From positions 53,444,001 to 53,508,000 of the forward strand of contig OZ024745.1 in NCBI GenBank assembly GCA_964016885.1: a stretch of 64,000 nucleotides of DNA. Direction: 5' to 3'. This document shows, one piece after another, positions 12,775 to 27,174 of this stretch (position 1 is the first letter of the stretch; every line of letters starts with the position of its first letter). The position numbers were made by a program, and so were the translations under genes. The notes beneath the pieces were generated by a model. It worked only from the letters and a program-made list of their open reading frames with translations. It did no database searches and was not told the origin of the DNA. Origin of the DNA: Eledone cirrhosa. Its lineage: Eukaryota.

Positions 12775-13455
12775 TTTTGTTTCGTGTGGGGAGAGCACAG
12801 TGGACAACAGTATTTAAAGTGGGGCTGGACAAACGTAGAGAAGAAAAAGATAATTTTTTCTACTTTAGGCACAAGGCCAGCAATTACCCAGTGCATTACT
12901 GGTACTTTATTTTATCAACCCCGTAAGGATGAAAGGCAAAGTCAACCTCGGTGGGATTTGAACTCAGATCGTAAAGGGACGTAACTATGCTGGAAAGCAT
13001 GGCGTCCGACCCTCTACCGATACTGCCAATCAAAGATAATTGTTTCTACTATTGGCACGAGGCCAGAAATTTACCCAGTACATTACTGGTACTTTATTTT
13101 ATCGACCCCGTAAGGATGAAAGGCAAAGTTAACCTCGGCGGGATTTGAACTCAGAATGGCAAGGGCCGTAACTCTATGCGTCAAAGCATGGCGTCCGACC
13201 CTCTACCGATACTGCCAATCCAATGGTTGTGGATATGTCTCGACTGGTTCTGAGAATCCAGGAACGCATCCTGCGGGCCTTGTGAACAATGTTGTTTATA
13301 TGATTAGCCCAGCTTAGGTTGTTATCACCAATTACTCCCAGAACACTGGTATTGTTGGATGCCAGGAGGTTTTCACCCAAGGGAAGAGAATATGATAGTT
13401 TCAGTGCAAATTCTTTTCCAAAGTGGATTAGTTCAAATTTAAACTCGCTGAGTAG
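12775..13455 (-). mobile_element. CR1/L2-group LINE RT fragment split by a SINE dimer
   Basis: LGVIGDNNLSWANHINNIVHKARRMRSWILRT lies right of the SINEs and continues as FSTFVQPHFKYCCPLCSPH to their left. Compare the CR1-type motifs LGV..D..L.W..HI and RPHLEYC...WSPH. Confidence 0.78.
12850..13219 (-). mobile_element. Head-to-tail dimer of a tRNA-derived SINE with a Nin/Deu-like core
   Basis: Two ~180-bp copies (12850-13030, 13036-13219). Each has A box TGGCAGTATCGG, B box GAGTTCAAATCC and core GCCTTTCATCCTTACGGGGTCGATAAAATAAAGTACCAG. Confidence 0.85.
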
Positions 13456-13750
13456 CATATCTGTATTGATATACTTATATTTATACATATATCCATATCC
13501 ATATATATATATATTTATTTATACATACATACATACGTGTGTGGGTATATATATATACATACTTACGTGTGTGGGTGTATATATATATATATATATACAT
13601 ATATAACGAAGGAAATGTGGTAAGGAACCAGGTGGACCATAATGCACCAAAGTACTCAATACTTAGGGTAGTAGAGTGGGTAATAGGAACAAGTAAGACC
13701 CCGACGGCTGAGCTCAAGCATACATACATACATACATACGTGTGTGGGTG

Positions 13751-13785
<35 letters not shown>

Positions 13786-13917
13786 TCGGGGCAATGTTAA
13801 AGAGAAAATGACCAGTATCAAAACTTTACTTCGGTATTGACTATTGCTTTCTCTCAGCAGTCAACCACATACATACACATATATAGGGATCGAAGATATT
13901 CGATGGCTTCCTTTCAG

Positions 13918-13960
<43 letters not shown>

Positions 13961-14239
13961 CGGTGAGTGATGGTTAGTGTTTTTGGTGTCAATATGTTGG
14001 GTTGGAGAAAAAGCAATAATAAAACACAAAAGAGATGAAGAACAAAAGCCATGATAGGTAGGTAAGACATGTTGGTTAATTAATCAATGAAGCAAGACAG
14101 CAACAGAATTTCAAGTTGGCGATAATTCTCTACCAAATGTAATTATCAATCCAGCAGTTAGCGTTGACACCAGCTCTAGTAGATAACTGAATACAACAAT
14201 AATATATTAGTGGAGAATAGATAGTGGACGATAGATATA

Positions 14240-14990
14240 ACGAGGTGGTGTTGACGGTGGTGCCGGCGGCGGTAGTTGTAGTGGTGGTGGTAGTGGTTGT
14301 TTGGGGATTGATGGCGGCGGTGGCGGTGGTGGAGGTTGTTGGTGGTGGTAGTAATGGTGGTGGTGTTGACGGTGGTGCCGGCGGCGGTAGTTGTAGTGGT
14401 GGTGGTAGTGGTGGTTTGGGGATTGATGGCGGAGGTTGTTGGTGGTGGTAGTAATGGTGGTGGTGGTGGTGGTGGTGGTGTCGGCGGTGGTGGTGGTGGT
14501 GTTGGTAGTGGTGGGGGTGGGGGGGGGGGACTGATTGTAGTCATCGTCGTGCTGGTGGGGATGATGTTAGTGGTGGTGGCTATGATGATGGTGGAGGCGG
14601 CGGTGGTGGTGTTGGTAGTGGTGGGGGTGGGGGGTGGCTGATTGTAGTCATCGTCGTGCTGGTGGGGATGATGTTAGTGGTGGTGGCTATGATGATGGTG
14701 GAGGCGGTGGTGGTGGTGGTGGTGTTGGTATTGTTGGTGGAGGGGGTAAGAGTGATGATAGTGGTGGCAATGGGGATGATCTTTTGTTTTATTTGATGCC
14801 TCTATGAGGTGGTGGTGGAATTGGCGGTGGTGTAGTCAGTGGTGGTGGGGGGTAGGGGTGTGATGGTGTGGTATTGGGCGTGGTAATGTTGGTCGTGGTA
14901 GTGGTGTGGTGGCGGTGATGATGATGGTGGTGGTCGTGGTGGTGGGGATGGTCATGATGGTGGGGGATGATGTGGTCAGATAATGAACCA
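14240..14990. repeat. (GGT)n-rich low-complexity tract with ~110-bp internal duplications
   Basis: Direct reading. The blocks GTTGACGGTGGTGCCGGCGGCGG and CTGATTGTAGTCATCGTCGTG each occur twice. Confidence 0.9.
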
Positions 14991-15054
14991 ACACTAAGTA
15001 AATGAAATATCAATGATGTTATTCAATCACCATGTGTAAGAAAAAACGTGGGAA

Positions 15055-15740
15055 ATAGTAAGAGGAAAAAGAGAGAGAGGAGGAGGGAGAGAGGGGAAGA
15101 GAGAGGGGGAAAGAGAGAGAGCATAATAGGAGGAGGAGAGGGTGTGGTTAGTGGTAAAATGGGAGGGGAGGCAGAGAAATTCATGAGAGACTGAGGGAAT
15201 GAGAGAGAGGGTGGTAAATGAGAGAGATAGAATCTCGAGTAAGAGGGAGTGTGAAACAGAAAGAAAGAGAGAACGAGTGAAAAAAGAAGAGAGAGAGAGG
15301 GAGAGGGAGAGAGGGTTGGAGAGAGAAAAATAGACTGAGATAGAAAGAGTAAGGAAGAGTGAAGTGGAGTTATGGGAGAGAGTGAATGGATGAAAGTGAC
15401 AGAGAAGTACAAAGAGACATGGAGATAGATGAAATAGGGAGAGAAAGAGAGTGAGAAAGATAGAAAGAGGGAGTGGGAGAGAGAGAATGATAGAAAGATA
15501 GATAAATAGAAATAGTGAAAGAGAGAGTGGGAGAAAGAGTGATAGAAATAGAGACAGAAAAAGAGAAAGTGGGAGAAAGAGTGATAGAGAGATAGATAAA
15601 TAGAGATAGAGAAAGAGAGAGTGGGAGAGAGAATGATAGAGAGATAGGTAGAGGTAGAGAAAGAGAGAGTGGGAGAGAGAATGACAGAGAGATAGGTAGA
15701 GGTAGAGAAAGAGAGAGTAGGCAAGAGAGAGAGAATGGGG
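15055..15740. repeat. GA-rich polypurine low-complexity tract
   Basis: Direct reading. A ~42-bp unit (GAAAGAGAGAGTGGGAGAGAGAATGA...) repeats at the right end. Confidence 0.9.
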
Positions 15741-15811
15741 TAGAAATATCAACTTGTTGGCCTGTAAAGTCTAAAGTGACTATTTACCGACTGCTAATGT
15801 AGACAGAACAA

Positions 15812-15812
15812 T

Positions 15813-15858
<46 letters not shown>

Positions 15859-15910
15859 CAGTAGTAGTAGCAGTAGTAGTAGTAGTAGTAGTAGTAGCAG
15901 TAGCAGCAGT

Positions 15911-15996
<86 letters not shown>

Positions 15997-16096
15997 CAGT
16001 AGTAGTAGTAGTAGTAATAGTAGTAGTAGCAGCAGCAGTAGTAGTAGTAGTAGTGGTAGTAGTAGTAGTAGTAGTTGTAGCAGTAGTAGTAGTAGT
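15812..16096. repeat. (TAG/CAG)n microsatellite
   Basis: Direct reading of the sequence. Confidence 0.95.
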
Positions 16097-17059
16097 CACT
16101 ATTGTACTTCTGGTTTTTGAAAATAGAAATAGTTTTTGTGATATGGTGTGGTTCTATTTCTGATCTTTTGTTTTATGATGCCTCCATCTTTCTGGATGCA
16201 ACCATTATGATCATACACACAGACACACCAGCACACGCACACACACACACACGTACACACACAACACCCACATACTCGCGCACATACATACATACATGAT
16301 GGCTGCCCCCTCGTTATCGAGTATGGCCATTGCACGATATACCATTATTAATAATTATTAATTAATTCTATCGTGCAATGCCTGTGCGTGAAGATATTTT
16401 TTAAAGTGAGGAAAGACTGTGCACTGAGCCAATCCCACTCTCTGAGTGACAGTAGCTATAACCCGAAAAGAAGAAAAGATCAACATCATCGGTAACTACT
16501 GAGCCGCAGTTTTTATATCGGAGTTATCCCAGTTTCCTGAGTTGCCTTCTCCTAGAAGAATGCCCTGACAAAGGCTAGGGGTCCTTCACTCATAATGATT
16601 TAACCGCGCGGTTATACATATTTACACACTTTAACCGCGTGGTATACATATTTACATACTTTCGGATGGCCGTTGACGCTTATGAGTTCTTCCGTCCTTT
16701 GTCAGATTTTGTTTTTTGTCCTGCAGGGTGTCCAAAATCACCCTCTTTACCAAGTAAACTTGGTGGGGTTGCCGGTTTAGTCGCCGACGACCCGACCATG
16801 CGACAGGTTGTACTTGATTACATGTTACCAGTAGCACTCAAGAGTGACCCGACATACATACATATATACATACATAAAGGAAAGCATTCGATTCTGCTCC
16901 CTATACTTGGATGTTAAAGACCCTTCGATATGAGAGCCGTAGAGAACCTAATTTTTTCTTTTAGTCCTCGGCGACTATGTTGAAGTTTAATACAGAGAAG
17001 AGGGACTATATTGCCTCTGATAAAATAGAATATCGCAGTGGTATAAATAGCATCTCTGT

Positions 17060-17290
17060 TATTTATACAGTCAGTAAACCACGTATCCTTTATGCTGAGG
17101 AAATTGGAAGGAGATGTATTTGATTCAATGGAAGCCAGAGACACAAACTTAAGCCATAGCTTCTTTGTGGATGTCCTGAAACTGTATGCCAAGAATATAA
17201 ATGTTATGAAGAAAAACATTGACGTTCTTCAAAGATATAGGAATGGAGTTTGACCAGGTTAAATGTTCTTATATGATTGTAAAGTGAGAA
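17060..17290 (+). mobile_element. Decayed RT fragment, R4/Dong-like non-LTR element
   Basis: FFVDVLKLYAKN (17161+) and DIGMEFDQVKC (17234+) resemble the LFMDDLKLYAK and DIGMEFGLDKC motifs. Confidence 0.6.
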
Positions 17291-17500
17291 AAAACTACAA
17301 GTCAATCTAACAACATCTCTATCGATGATCTGGCTGTTTCACTGGTAGCTTACGAGGACTGCTACAGATTCTTAGGGGTAGCTGAAATTATATTCTTTGG
17401 GTTAGCTGAAATATAACACCAGAATAAGAAAAATATGGGTTCTGGACTCTCTGCGCACTGTGTCGCCCAGCTATAAGTCAATCATGAACGAATAGATCTA

Positions 17501-17681
17501 TAATTGTTTCTACTTTTGGCACAAGGCCAGCAAATAACCAGTGTATTACTGGTACTTTATTTTATCGACCCCGTAAGGATGAAATGCAAAGTTAACCTCG
17601 GCTGGATTTGAACTCAGAATGGAAAGGGCTGTAACTCTATGCGTCAAAGCATGGCGTCCGACCCTCTACCGATACTGCCAA
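17501..17681 (-). mobile_element. tRNA-derived SINE (same family as 12850-13219)
   Basis: Near-identical A box, B box and core. Confidence 0.88.
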
Positions 17682-18291
17682 CTATAATGACATGTGTTTC
17701 TGATTTTCGAACAACAGAAAAGCCTGGACGTTAAATTTACGTGCACCCTTAACTTAGATGTTAGGGAAATTCGGCTTAACATAGTGTGTGGCAAGGCTGA
17801 CCCTTTGAACTACAGATTCAGCTTATTGTTTCCAGTTGAGTGTAAGAGAGTAATGTAAAATAAATTGCCTTGTTCAAGAACAATGCACGTTATCGGGAAT
17901 CGAACTCGTGATCTTACGATCATGTACCGAACATCCTAAACATTAAACCATAAGCCTTTGCATAGTCAAAGATACACCAGCATTCCATATGAAACGTATG
18001 TAGTTCTTCATTATCTGGTGTGTTGCTCTCTTATTTAAGACAAAGAAATAAATCAACTCTACTTCATGGATCCTCGAGTGCTTTTACTTTTCTTTCGTTT
18101 CTAAGTTAAAATACGTATATATTCTCAAGGTCACTAAGATTTTCCCATCACAAAACTTCTCACGAGACTAGATACTTGGATTGAAACATCAAAGTTTCAA
18201 CATAATGTATATTACACGTACTGTGTGTGTGTTTGTGTATACTTGTTAGTATATATATATATATATATATACCTACACACATACATGTCCA

Positions 18292-18396
18292 TTCATACAT
18301 ACATACATACATACATACATACATACATACATACATACATACATACATACATACATACATACATACATACATACATACATACATACATACATACAT
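18292..18396. repeat. (CATA)n microsatellite
   Basis: Direct reading of the sequence. Confidence 0.95.
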
Positions 18397-19385
18397 AAGC
18401 ATATTCCCATACGTATTCTTATATATTAAAATAGCTTACGTTCATCAATATTCTGAGTTCAAATTCCGCTCGCATCGGATGATACCTGTCATTCTTCTGG
18501 GAGTCGATAAAATAAATAGCTGGCATGTACAACGTATCGACTTAATTGATTATACCTATTTTTCATTTCTCCTGTAAATGTACGTAGCGTAAGAAATCTA
18601 TATTTACATACATCATTTAAAGTAACTTAAACAACTGCAAAGACACTATCACATAACAATAGGCGTATATGTGCATATACAATCACACAGAGGTATATGT
18701 GCTTATACAATCACACAGACGTTCTTATACAGTCATACGCGCTCGAACATGCATACACACAGGAACAGAAGACAAATCTCACGCACAAACAAACAGCATA
18801 GACACGAGCATATTTTCACACAAATATATGCATGCACACATAGCTCGATAGAGATCGAGTCAGACAACATGTTAACATGTATCACATGAAACGATCCGAC
18901 AATATTAGAAAACACGACAGAAAGTTGAGTGGCTTCGATTTTATTCTCAATGCGATATTCATTTAACAGGATCGTGACTAGGGAGGTATTTGACAAATCT
19001 TTTCTATTGAATTAAGAGAGTGACTGCTCGACTATTCAATTGCAATATATATCATGTATGTGCCCAACTGACAGAGAGCCGAATATGGGACACGTGCTCG
19101 ATTTCTGCTTCAACCATTTCACATTATTTATTACATTCTACCTGTGATTTCCAGTTCGTAGTCAATGTGATGAAGAAAGAGATGGGATCCACTAGGTCTG
19201 ATGACAGCAGAAAACTAATTGATGGAGTCATTGGAGTTGACCCAACCAGCAATTATTGGCTACTGAAAGCTATCATTAACCACGTCCGTGTGCGTAGACA
19301 CATACATATAAACATAAACACACACACATACTCACAGGCACATACACAAACTGTAATACATACAGAAATATAAAATATTTCTCTT

Positions 19386-19419
<34 letters not shown>

Positions 19420-19452
19420 ATATATATATATATGTATGTATATAGTAATAAT

Positions 19453-19528
19453 AATTGTTTCTTCTTTTGGCACAAGGCCACAAATTATCCAGTGCATTAC
19501 TGGTACTTTATTTTATCGACCCCGTAAG
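19453..19528 (-). mobile_element. 3' half of the same SINE, truncated next to a Tx1 fragment
   Basis: TTGGCACAAGGCC...GGTACTTTATTTTATCGACCCCGTAAG, followed by (TAA)n. Confidence 0.75.
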
Positions 19529-19547
19529 TAATAATAATAATGATAAT

Positions 19548-20470
19548 GGTTTCTTTATTAGCCATACAGGGCTTACATTAAGAGGATAATAAGTGCGGTA
19601 CAGGTCAGTACAGTGTGAGGGTTTTGTGAGGCAAATGTTTATAAAGAAGATTAAAACAGAAACATTTAAAATAAAAACAACAAATTCCCCAAAATTGGGG
19701 ATACTTACTAGGGTCACTCATTGAGAATGCCCACAAAAAGCCACCGCAAACTTCACCACTAGGACAAGTGCCTTCTCTCAAATGTTCTCCTCTAATTTAC
19801 AGGCACATACTCAGAGCAAGCTCATTCGCTCGGACTATACTCACCCACCGTTCAACAAACTAGTTGAAAGGCAACATTTCCCTCTCCACCCTGATTTCTA
19901 ATGTGGTCAGCAATACTCGGACACTCGATGAGCGTGTGCAAGATGGTTTCGTACATCTTGGACAGGCCTGGCTGACAGAATATCCATGCTTGTAGACTTT
20001 ATCTCGAATTGGCAAAGCTCCACTGTAGCACTGCCAGGCCAAGGGTTTCTAGATGTTATCTATGGGCCCTGGACTGAAGCTTCTCTGAAAAAGAGTGCCT
20101 AGTTGATTTTAGTTAACCGCTAGAGTCTCCCCAAGTACGTCGTCGTTTTTACCCGCTACCCAACTTCTATAGAAAGCTATCGTGAAGTTTCAACTGACCA
20201 CACAGCCCGATTGGCTGAAGGCTGTGAGTGCCCTGAGACATTCCAGTTTCCAAGCGCTCCCTCTCGGTCTTCGCTTGATCTAGGACTGCAGCTCTGTCAA
20301 GGAGATGAGCTGTGGAAAACTGCGTCTAGAAACTGGTCCACAACTGTTCATCAAGGTAAGCTGATAATAACGTAGCGTGAGTGCATATTTGCGGAACATC
20401 AATCAGCCATGGCAAGCCCAGTCGGCCACATAGTGGGTGCTGAGCATTGGCACGCGTCCTTTCCACAAGC
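19548..20470 (-). mobile_element. Degenerate Tx1/L1-clade LINE 3' fragment ending in (ATT)n
   Basis: AWQCYSGALPIRDKVYKHG...CPRC is homologous to the ORF2 C-terminus of 59615-63052. The 3' end is GGCTAATAAAGAAACC, followed by TTA repeats. Confidence 0.85.
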
Positions 20471-21011
20471 CTGACAATGTCTATAGACGAAAACACATAC
20501 CGCATCGGTCGTCACCTATTGTGTAATATAACATTTCAGTTGTCAACTTAAGGATTAGCAACGTGACATACTTGCCAAGAGGCATACGGTACAGAGGTTA
20601 TATATAAACACAAGCTGTTTTCTCGTCTCTAAAGTTTTTAGAACATTCAATGGTACATTTATCTTTGTTGATAGAGTATGCAATGAGATTTGATAAACCA
20701 GTGTTCATGAACCTAAAATTATTTTAACAATTCGTAGACGGTTGGCTCGGATTGCCGTCAGTTTTGACAGTATGGGCCCACCAGTAAAGAAATATTTAAC
20801 CTCGATGTTGCGAAGGTTGAAGTTTGCTGCATCATATAGCAATTCTCTTCTCTGTCTGACTCCAGCGGCGTCTTTTACACGCCCGGGATTATTGTTTATA
20901 ATAAAACTCTACAAACTATTTAGAAGAAAAGAAAATAGAATGCTATAATACAACGATGTCAATGTAATATACACTATCTCCAAGATAGTGTGTTTACACG
21001 AATATATATAA

Positions 21012-21020
<9 letters not shown>

Positions 21021-21098
<78 letters not shown>

Positions 21099-21132
21099 CG
21101 CGTGTGTGCGCGTGTGTGTGTGTGTGCGCGTG
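21021..21132. repeat. (TG)n/(CG)n microsatellite
   Basis: Direct reading of the sequence. Confidence 0.95.
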
Positions 21133-21506
21133 TACGTTTTATGGACTTACGTCCGTGCACATGAAAGTAATCTATTCCGTCGTTATATGCTTGATCCAAG
21201 TGAATATTAAATGAGACGTTAGTAAATCAACAGTTTCACATTCCTAGAACGTCTTCCTGGCACACAGTTAAAAACAGAGACTATTATTTTGTCAACAGTA
21301 GTTCAAGTAGCATCACAACAATACTGTAACCCGTCAATATAATTCCAACAGCAGTATTCTATTTTTCTTCCTGGAAGGTATTAATATTGATGTTGATGTT
21401 GCTGTCGTTGTTCTTACTGTTGTTGTTGTTGTTGCTGTTGTTCTTGTCGTCATCGTCGTCGTTGTTGTTGTTGTTGTTGTTGTTGTTGTTGCTGTTAATG
21501 TTGTTA

Positions 21507-21541
<35 letters not shown>

Positions 21542-23265
21542 AATGTTGCTTAGCCTCAGGTCAACCCTGACAGCGCAGATCTATCATTAATGGCAATTCA
21601 TTTGTTTTCATCTCCCCATTTTGATAGGGGGTATGTGGAACTTCTTTGTTCCATATATATCATATATTTTAATACATTAAGGTGGGATTTAGTGAATATT
21701 TGTCTGCTATTTCTGTCAGATCAAGCGGTCACGTAGAAACTCATTAAATGAATCAAATGACCTCTTTCCTATATTAGAAATCAACATTATGATTATTAAC
21801 TGTTTGGTCTCACCATAGTCATGAGAGACACACGTGTCACATCCTTAGCAGTTATTTCCTCCATTTTTTTTTTTTGTATGTATATATATATATATAGTTT
21901 ACTTCCATCAAGTAATCTAATTCAATTCTTGCTTTTCTATAATTGTTTAGTAACTTTATTTCAAATCCCACGATGTCAACTTTGCCTTTCATCCTTTCTG
22001 GGTCGATAAAATAAAATACTAGTCTAGTCTGACTGATTGGTGGAATTATTATAGCGTCCTACGAAATGCCTTGTGTTACTTGTCCTGGTTTTGAGTTCAA
22101 TTCTCGCTCCTCTTTTCTACTTAATCTATAACTCGGTTTAACACTAAGGATTTTAGCGGATCTCACTTAGTTACAAGCGTTTGGGCAGGCTCTTCGGATC
22201 GAGAATATTTTCTTCTGTTACTCCCATTAAGCTCTGAGGTTCTGAAAAGAATTCCTTCCTTCAAACAGTAAACAAAGCCTTTTCCCCTCAATGATTAACC
22301 AGAAGCAAAATATAACCTTGTTCGTTTTATCGTGATATTGCTTAAAACAACCTTTTCATCTGTCAGAACATGCAGAATACTATGTAGTATAATGTATCAA
22401 AGTTTTCTCAAAAGTAGGTTGATGGCATCAAGTATAAAGCAAAATTTCGAATCCAAAGGAATTGGTGATGCTGTGCTTTATAAATGAATTAATAGGTGAG
22501 ATTCCGAAGAGTGTTTGATAAGATCAATTGACATATGGAGCGAAGAGTCTAACAAAAATGACATTGCCTCTAGCGAAAATTGTTTCATTGTATTAAAAAA
22601 AATATTAAAACTACCGGCAACTCTTCGTTTTCCTTTATGCTGTCGTCCTTGTAGCTATTGCTATGATCATTGATGCTGTTACTGCAATAGCTATTGTTGT
22701 TCTTGTCGTCAGCATCATTATTATTATTGCTACTACTGCAACTATCGTTGTTGTTATTTCACCACGGATGAGCTCAGATCGGGCAGACCTATGATCAAAG
22801 ACCCGCCAGTCTTGAGCAAGCCATCTTTGATTTTTTTAAATAATCAGGGATATATTATCTAATGTACACTTTTCAGACAGTGCGACATGGTTTAACGGAG
22901 TTGTGACTCATTTTCATGCATTATTGTCCAGGGCAAATCATATTTTGTCAAAGTTATTGTAGTACCTATCTTTCATCAAACTCTCAATTATATATACGGT
23001 AGGTTTCTCATTTATATGTACTGTAAGTTTCGCGTTTATATATATGATAGGTTTCGCTTATGCAATTTAGTGATATGAAAAGCTTCGATTATCCAAGCAA
23101 TTATTACTAAACAAAAATGACAAAAGAGATATCTCCAATAATATCAACCTGTCGAAATTTTTGAAACATAAAAGCAATGTTGATATGATGTTTCGTTTAA
23201 AGCCAATTGTTGAAAACAAAGAACATGTTGCGTCGTATTAGACCTCTTCAGTTGGCAATAGAGCA

Positions 23266-23416
<151 letters not shown>

Positions 23417-25519
23417 GGAGGTGAGTTTTATTGTAGCACAATAAAGCAATGCAAATATCGGATAAGTAGCACTCTACAGTTTGTAGGACTGGAGTATAAA
23501 TAATATAAGATCAAAAGATGGTTAAAAGAGTTCCAAGTATTTTATTATGCGCATTTCAAAAACAAATATCATCATGGGATGATATCTGGATTCTCATCAG
23601 ATAAGATAGGGAGACATGATATGAAATTTAAAAAACACTTGTGAGCAGTGAAGTTTTAAATCAACATATGAAAAATAAATTAAAATGGATGTATGAGATT
23701 GGGAAAAAGAGAGGGGGGTGGGAAAGGTAAGGAAGAGGAAGAAATAAGAGTAAAGGATGGTGGGAGAGGAGTATAAGAAGGAAGGGTGAGAGAAGAGGAG
23801 AGACGGGTGATAGAGAGAGAGAGATAGCCTTTACAACTGAGAAAAAATATTGTCTCACAGAGAGAAATTAAAAAGCCGTTGGAAGATAATAGATAATTTA
23901 AAAGATTTTGAAATTAAAAGTTAATGAGGTTTATGCATGAAGAAAAAGGAATTAAGGATAGTATTAAATTAAGGTTTGTATATTGAAGGGTTTAATAATA
24001 TGTGCGAAGAAAAAGAATTTATTAATATGTATTATTAAAATAAAAATATTAATGATATTAAGGATATAATGTGAAAAGAAGGAGAAGAATAAATGAGTTA
24101 TGAATTTAGAGGAATTAGTTAGGATTTAAGTTTGTTTTTCTGTATTGTAATATGTATACGTAAATAGTATGTTTAAAATGGGCGCGGAAGGAGAGAAGAA
24201 AAAAGAATGTTTAAGGAAGAAAATATCTAACATCAAAAAGTATATATGTTTACGAAATATTTTCTAATGGTAATATAATATATTAAAAGAAATTAGTTCG
24301 GGTTTAAATTTGATTTTATGTATTGTAATATGTAAAAGTAAAATTAAGTAGTAGGTTTAAAACGAGCATGAAAGAATAGAAAAGATAAGAAAAATTTAAG
24401 GAAGAAAAAAAATCTAACGTCAAAAAGTTTATATGTTTACGAAGGACTTCTAATGGTAATATTATAATGTATTTAAAAAATAATTTTTATGGCCAATGAT
24501 ATGAGGAAAGATGGAAGAATGGATAATGGTGTGGTGAGTAATAATATGAATTGAGAAGTAGTTGGGAAGAAAAAGAACAGATTAGAGGTTAGAAATTAAA
24601 AAGAAAAAAGGAAGAAAGGAAAATGATAAAGAAGAATGACATAGAATGAGTAAATTGTATTATATAATATATAATACTGAAATAAGGTAGAAAGATGGGT
24701 ATATTTGTAAAAGATATATAAGCCTTTGAGAAAAAGGGATTTTAAACTAATAAGGTATTGAGATATTAGCTGTATACTTTATGGAATGTTCTATAGAATT
24801 TATGCAAGCAGAGCGAAAATAAATGTGTGCGTCTATTTATTATAGAATTGAAATTAGATATAATGGTAAATTTCTCGGCTAGACAGAGATTACATGTTCT
24901 GGATAGGGAAGAATTCAGGTAAGGAAAGGCGGAACAAACCTTCTTCCAAGAGATGTTATAGTTAATATTTTTGTCTTTCCAGGACCATATGAGTTCCGAG
25001 AGTGCCGTGTTAGTTCTTTTAAGTTGGTATCTAAAAGACGAATTGTGATTATAAAATCTAGCTTTGAAGGAAGTGGAAGTGGAACCGAAATAGGTAAAAG
25101 AATAGTTTCCTGATTTAGATTGGTATTATGAGCATTCAACGAAGTTACGTTTGACGTCGTATTTAAATTTACATAATCTTTATCATTTACAGATTGGTTT
25201 CCTTACTGTATTTAATTTTATCAGGATAACCGGCCTTAGAAAGCGCATTATTATAGTAATTGGCGTTAGCATCGAAGATATCTTTATTAGAGGATAGATT
25301 TGAGATTCTTTTTTCAATATTACTGACTATAGCATTTTTAATGTTAATGGGGTGGTTAGGTTTAAAATTAACATAATTTAGATTCTCATTGTTTTTATGG
25401 TACGTCATTGTTAATTCGAGGCTAGATTCTATAAATTTAAATACGACGTCAAACGTAACTTCGTTGAATGTTCATAATACCAATCTAAATCAGGAAACTA
25501 TTGTTCCTATCGTAAATAA

Positions 25520-26020
25520 CTTCTCCAATCCAATTCCTTAAATAATACTAGGTCACTTGTTAATAACTCTGTTAATTTCTCTAATCGTAATTGTAATTGC
25601 CCTATTAAAACTAAATGTCCCCTTAATAACCATTGTCTTGATAAAAACTTACTCTATGAATGTAAGGTTATAACTGATACTAATTCTTTTATCTATTTCG
25701 GTTCCACTTCCACTTCCTTCAAAGCTAGATTTTATAATCACAATTCGTCTTTTAGATACCAACTTAAAAGAACTAACACGACACTCTCGGAACTCATATG
25801 GTCCTTGAAAGACAAAATTATTAACTATAACATCTCTTGGAGGAAGATTTGTTCCGCCTTTCCTTATCTGAATTCATCCCTATCCAGAACATGTAATCTC
25901 TGTCTAGCCGAGAAATTTACCATTATATCTAATTTCAATTCTATAATAAATAGACGCACACATTTATTTTCGCTCTGCTTGCATAAATTCCATAGAACAT
26001 TCCATAAAGTATACAGCTAA
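25520..26020 (+). pseudogene. GIY-YIG endonuclease domain of the Penelope-like element
   Basis: Open frame without ATG: CNCPIKTKCPLNNHCL..LLYECKV...IYFGSTSTSFKARFYNHNSSF...TLSELIWSLK...CNLCLAEKFTI...INRR...CLH. Confidence 0.88.
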
Positions 26021-27174
26021 TATCTCAATACCTTATTAGTTTAAAATCCTTTTTTCTCGAAGGCTTATATATCTTTTACAAATATACCCATCTTTCTACC
26101 TTATTTCAGTATTATATATTATATAATACAATTTACTCATTCTATGTCATTCTTCTTTATCATTTTCCTTTCTTCCTTTTTTCTTTTTAATTTCTAACCT
26201 CTAATCTGTTCTTTTTCTTCCCAACTACTTCTCAATTCAAATTATTACTCACCACAACATTATCCATTCTTCCATCTTTCCTCATATCATTGGCCATAAA
26301 AATTATTTGTTTAATACATTATAATATTACCATTAGAAGTCCTTCGTAAACATATAAACTTTTTGACGTTAGATTTTTTTCTTCATTAAATTTTTCTTAT
26401 CTCTTCTATCCTTTCATGCTCGTTTTAAACCTACTACTTAATTTTACTTTTACATATTACAATACATAAAATCAAACTTAAACCCTAACTAATTTCTTTT
26501 AATATATTATATTACCATTAGAAAATATTTCGTAAACATATATACTTTTTGATGTTAGATATTTTCTTCCTTAAACATTCTTTTTTCTTCTCTCCTTCCG
26601 CGCTCATTTTAAACATACTATTTACGTATACATATTACAATACAGAAAAACAAACTTAAATCCTAACTAATTCCTCTAAATTCATAACTCATTTATTCTT
26701 CTCCTTCTTTTCACATTATATCCTTAATATCATTAATATTTTTATTTTAATAATACATATTAATAAATTCTTTTTCTTCACACATATTATTAAACCCTTC
26801 AATATACAAACCTTGATTTAATACTATTCTTAATTCCTTTTTCTTAATGCATAAACCTCATTAACTTTTAATTTCAAAATCTTTTAAATTATCTATTATC
26901 TTCCAACGGCTTTTTAATTTCTCTCTGTGAAACAATATTTTTTCTCAGTTGTAAAGGCTATCTCTCTCTCTCTATCACCCGTCTCTCCTCTTCTCTCATC
27001 CTTCCTTCTTATACTCCTCCCCCACCATACTTTACTCTTATTTCTTCCTCTTCCTTACCTTTTCCAACCTCCCCTCTCTTTTTCCCAATCTCATACATCT
27101 TAATTTATTTTTCATATGTTGATTTAAAACTTCACTGCTCACAAGTGTTTTTTAAACTTCATATCATGTCTCCC

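Noticed and set aside
13036-13219. tRNA gene
   Set aside because: A and B boxes are present, but there is no cloverleaf, and the sequence is multi-copy with a SINE core and tail.
14176-16099. Pro/Thr/His/Ser-rich ORFs as host genes
   Set aside because: They are translations of GGT, GA and TAG simple repeats, open in several frames.
25520-26020. Selenocysteine-recoded Naiad protein
   Set aside because: The conserved Cys positions use TGT/TGC, and no in-frame TGA was seen here or in 9934-10911.
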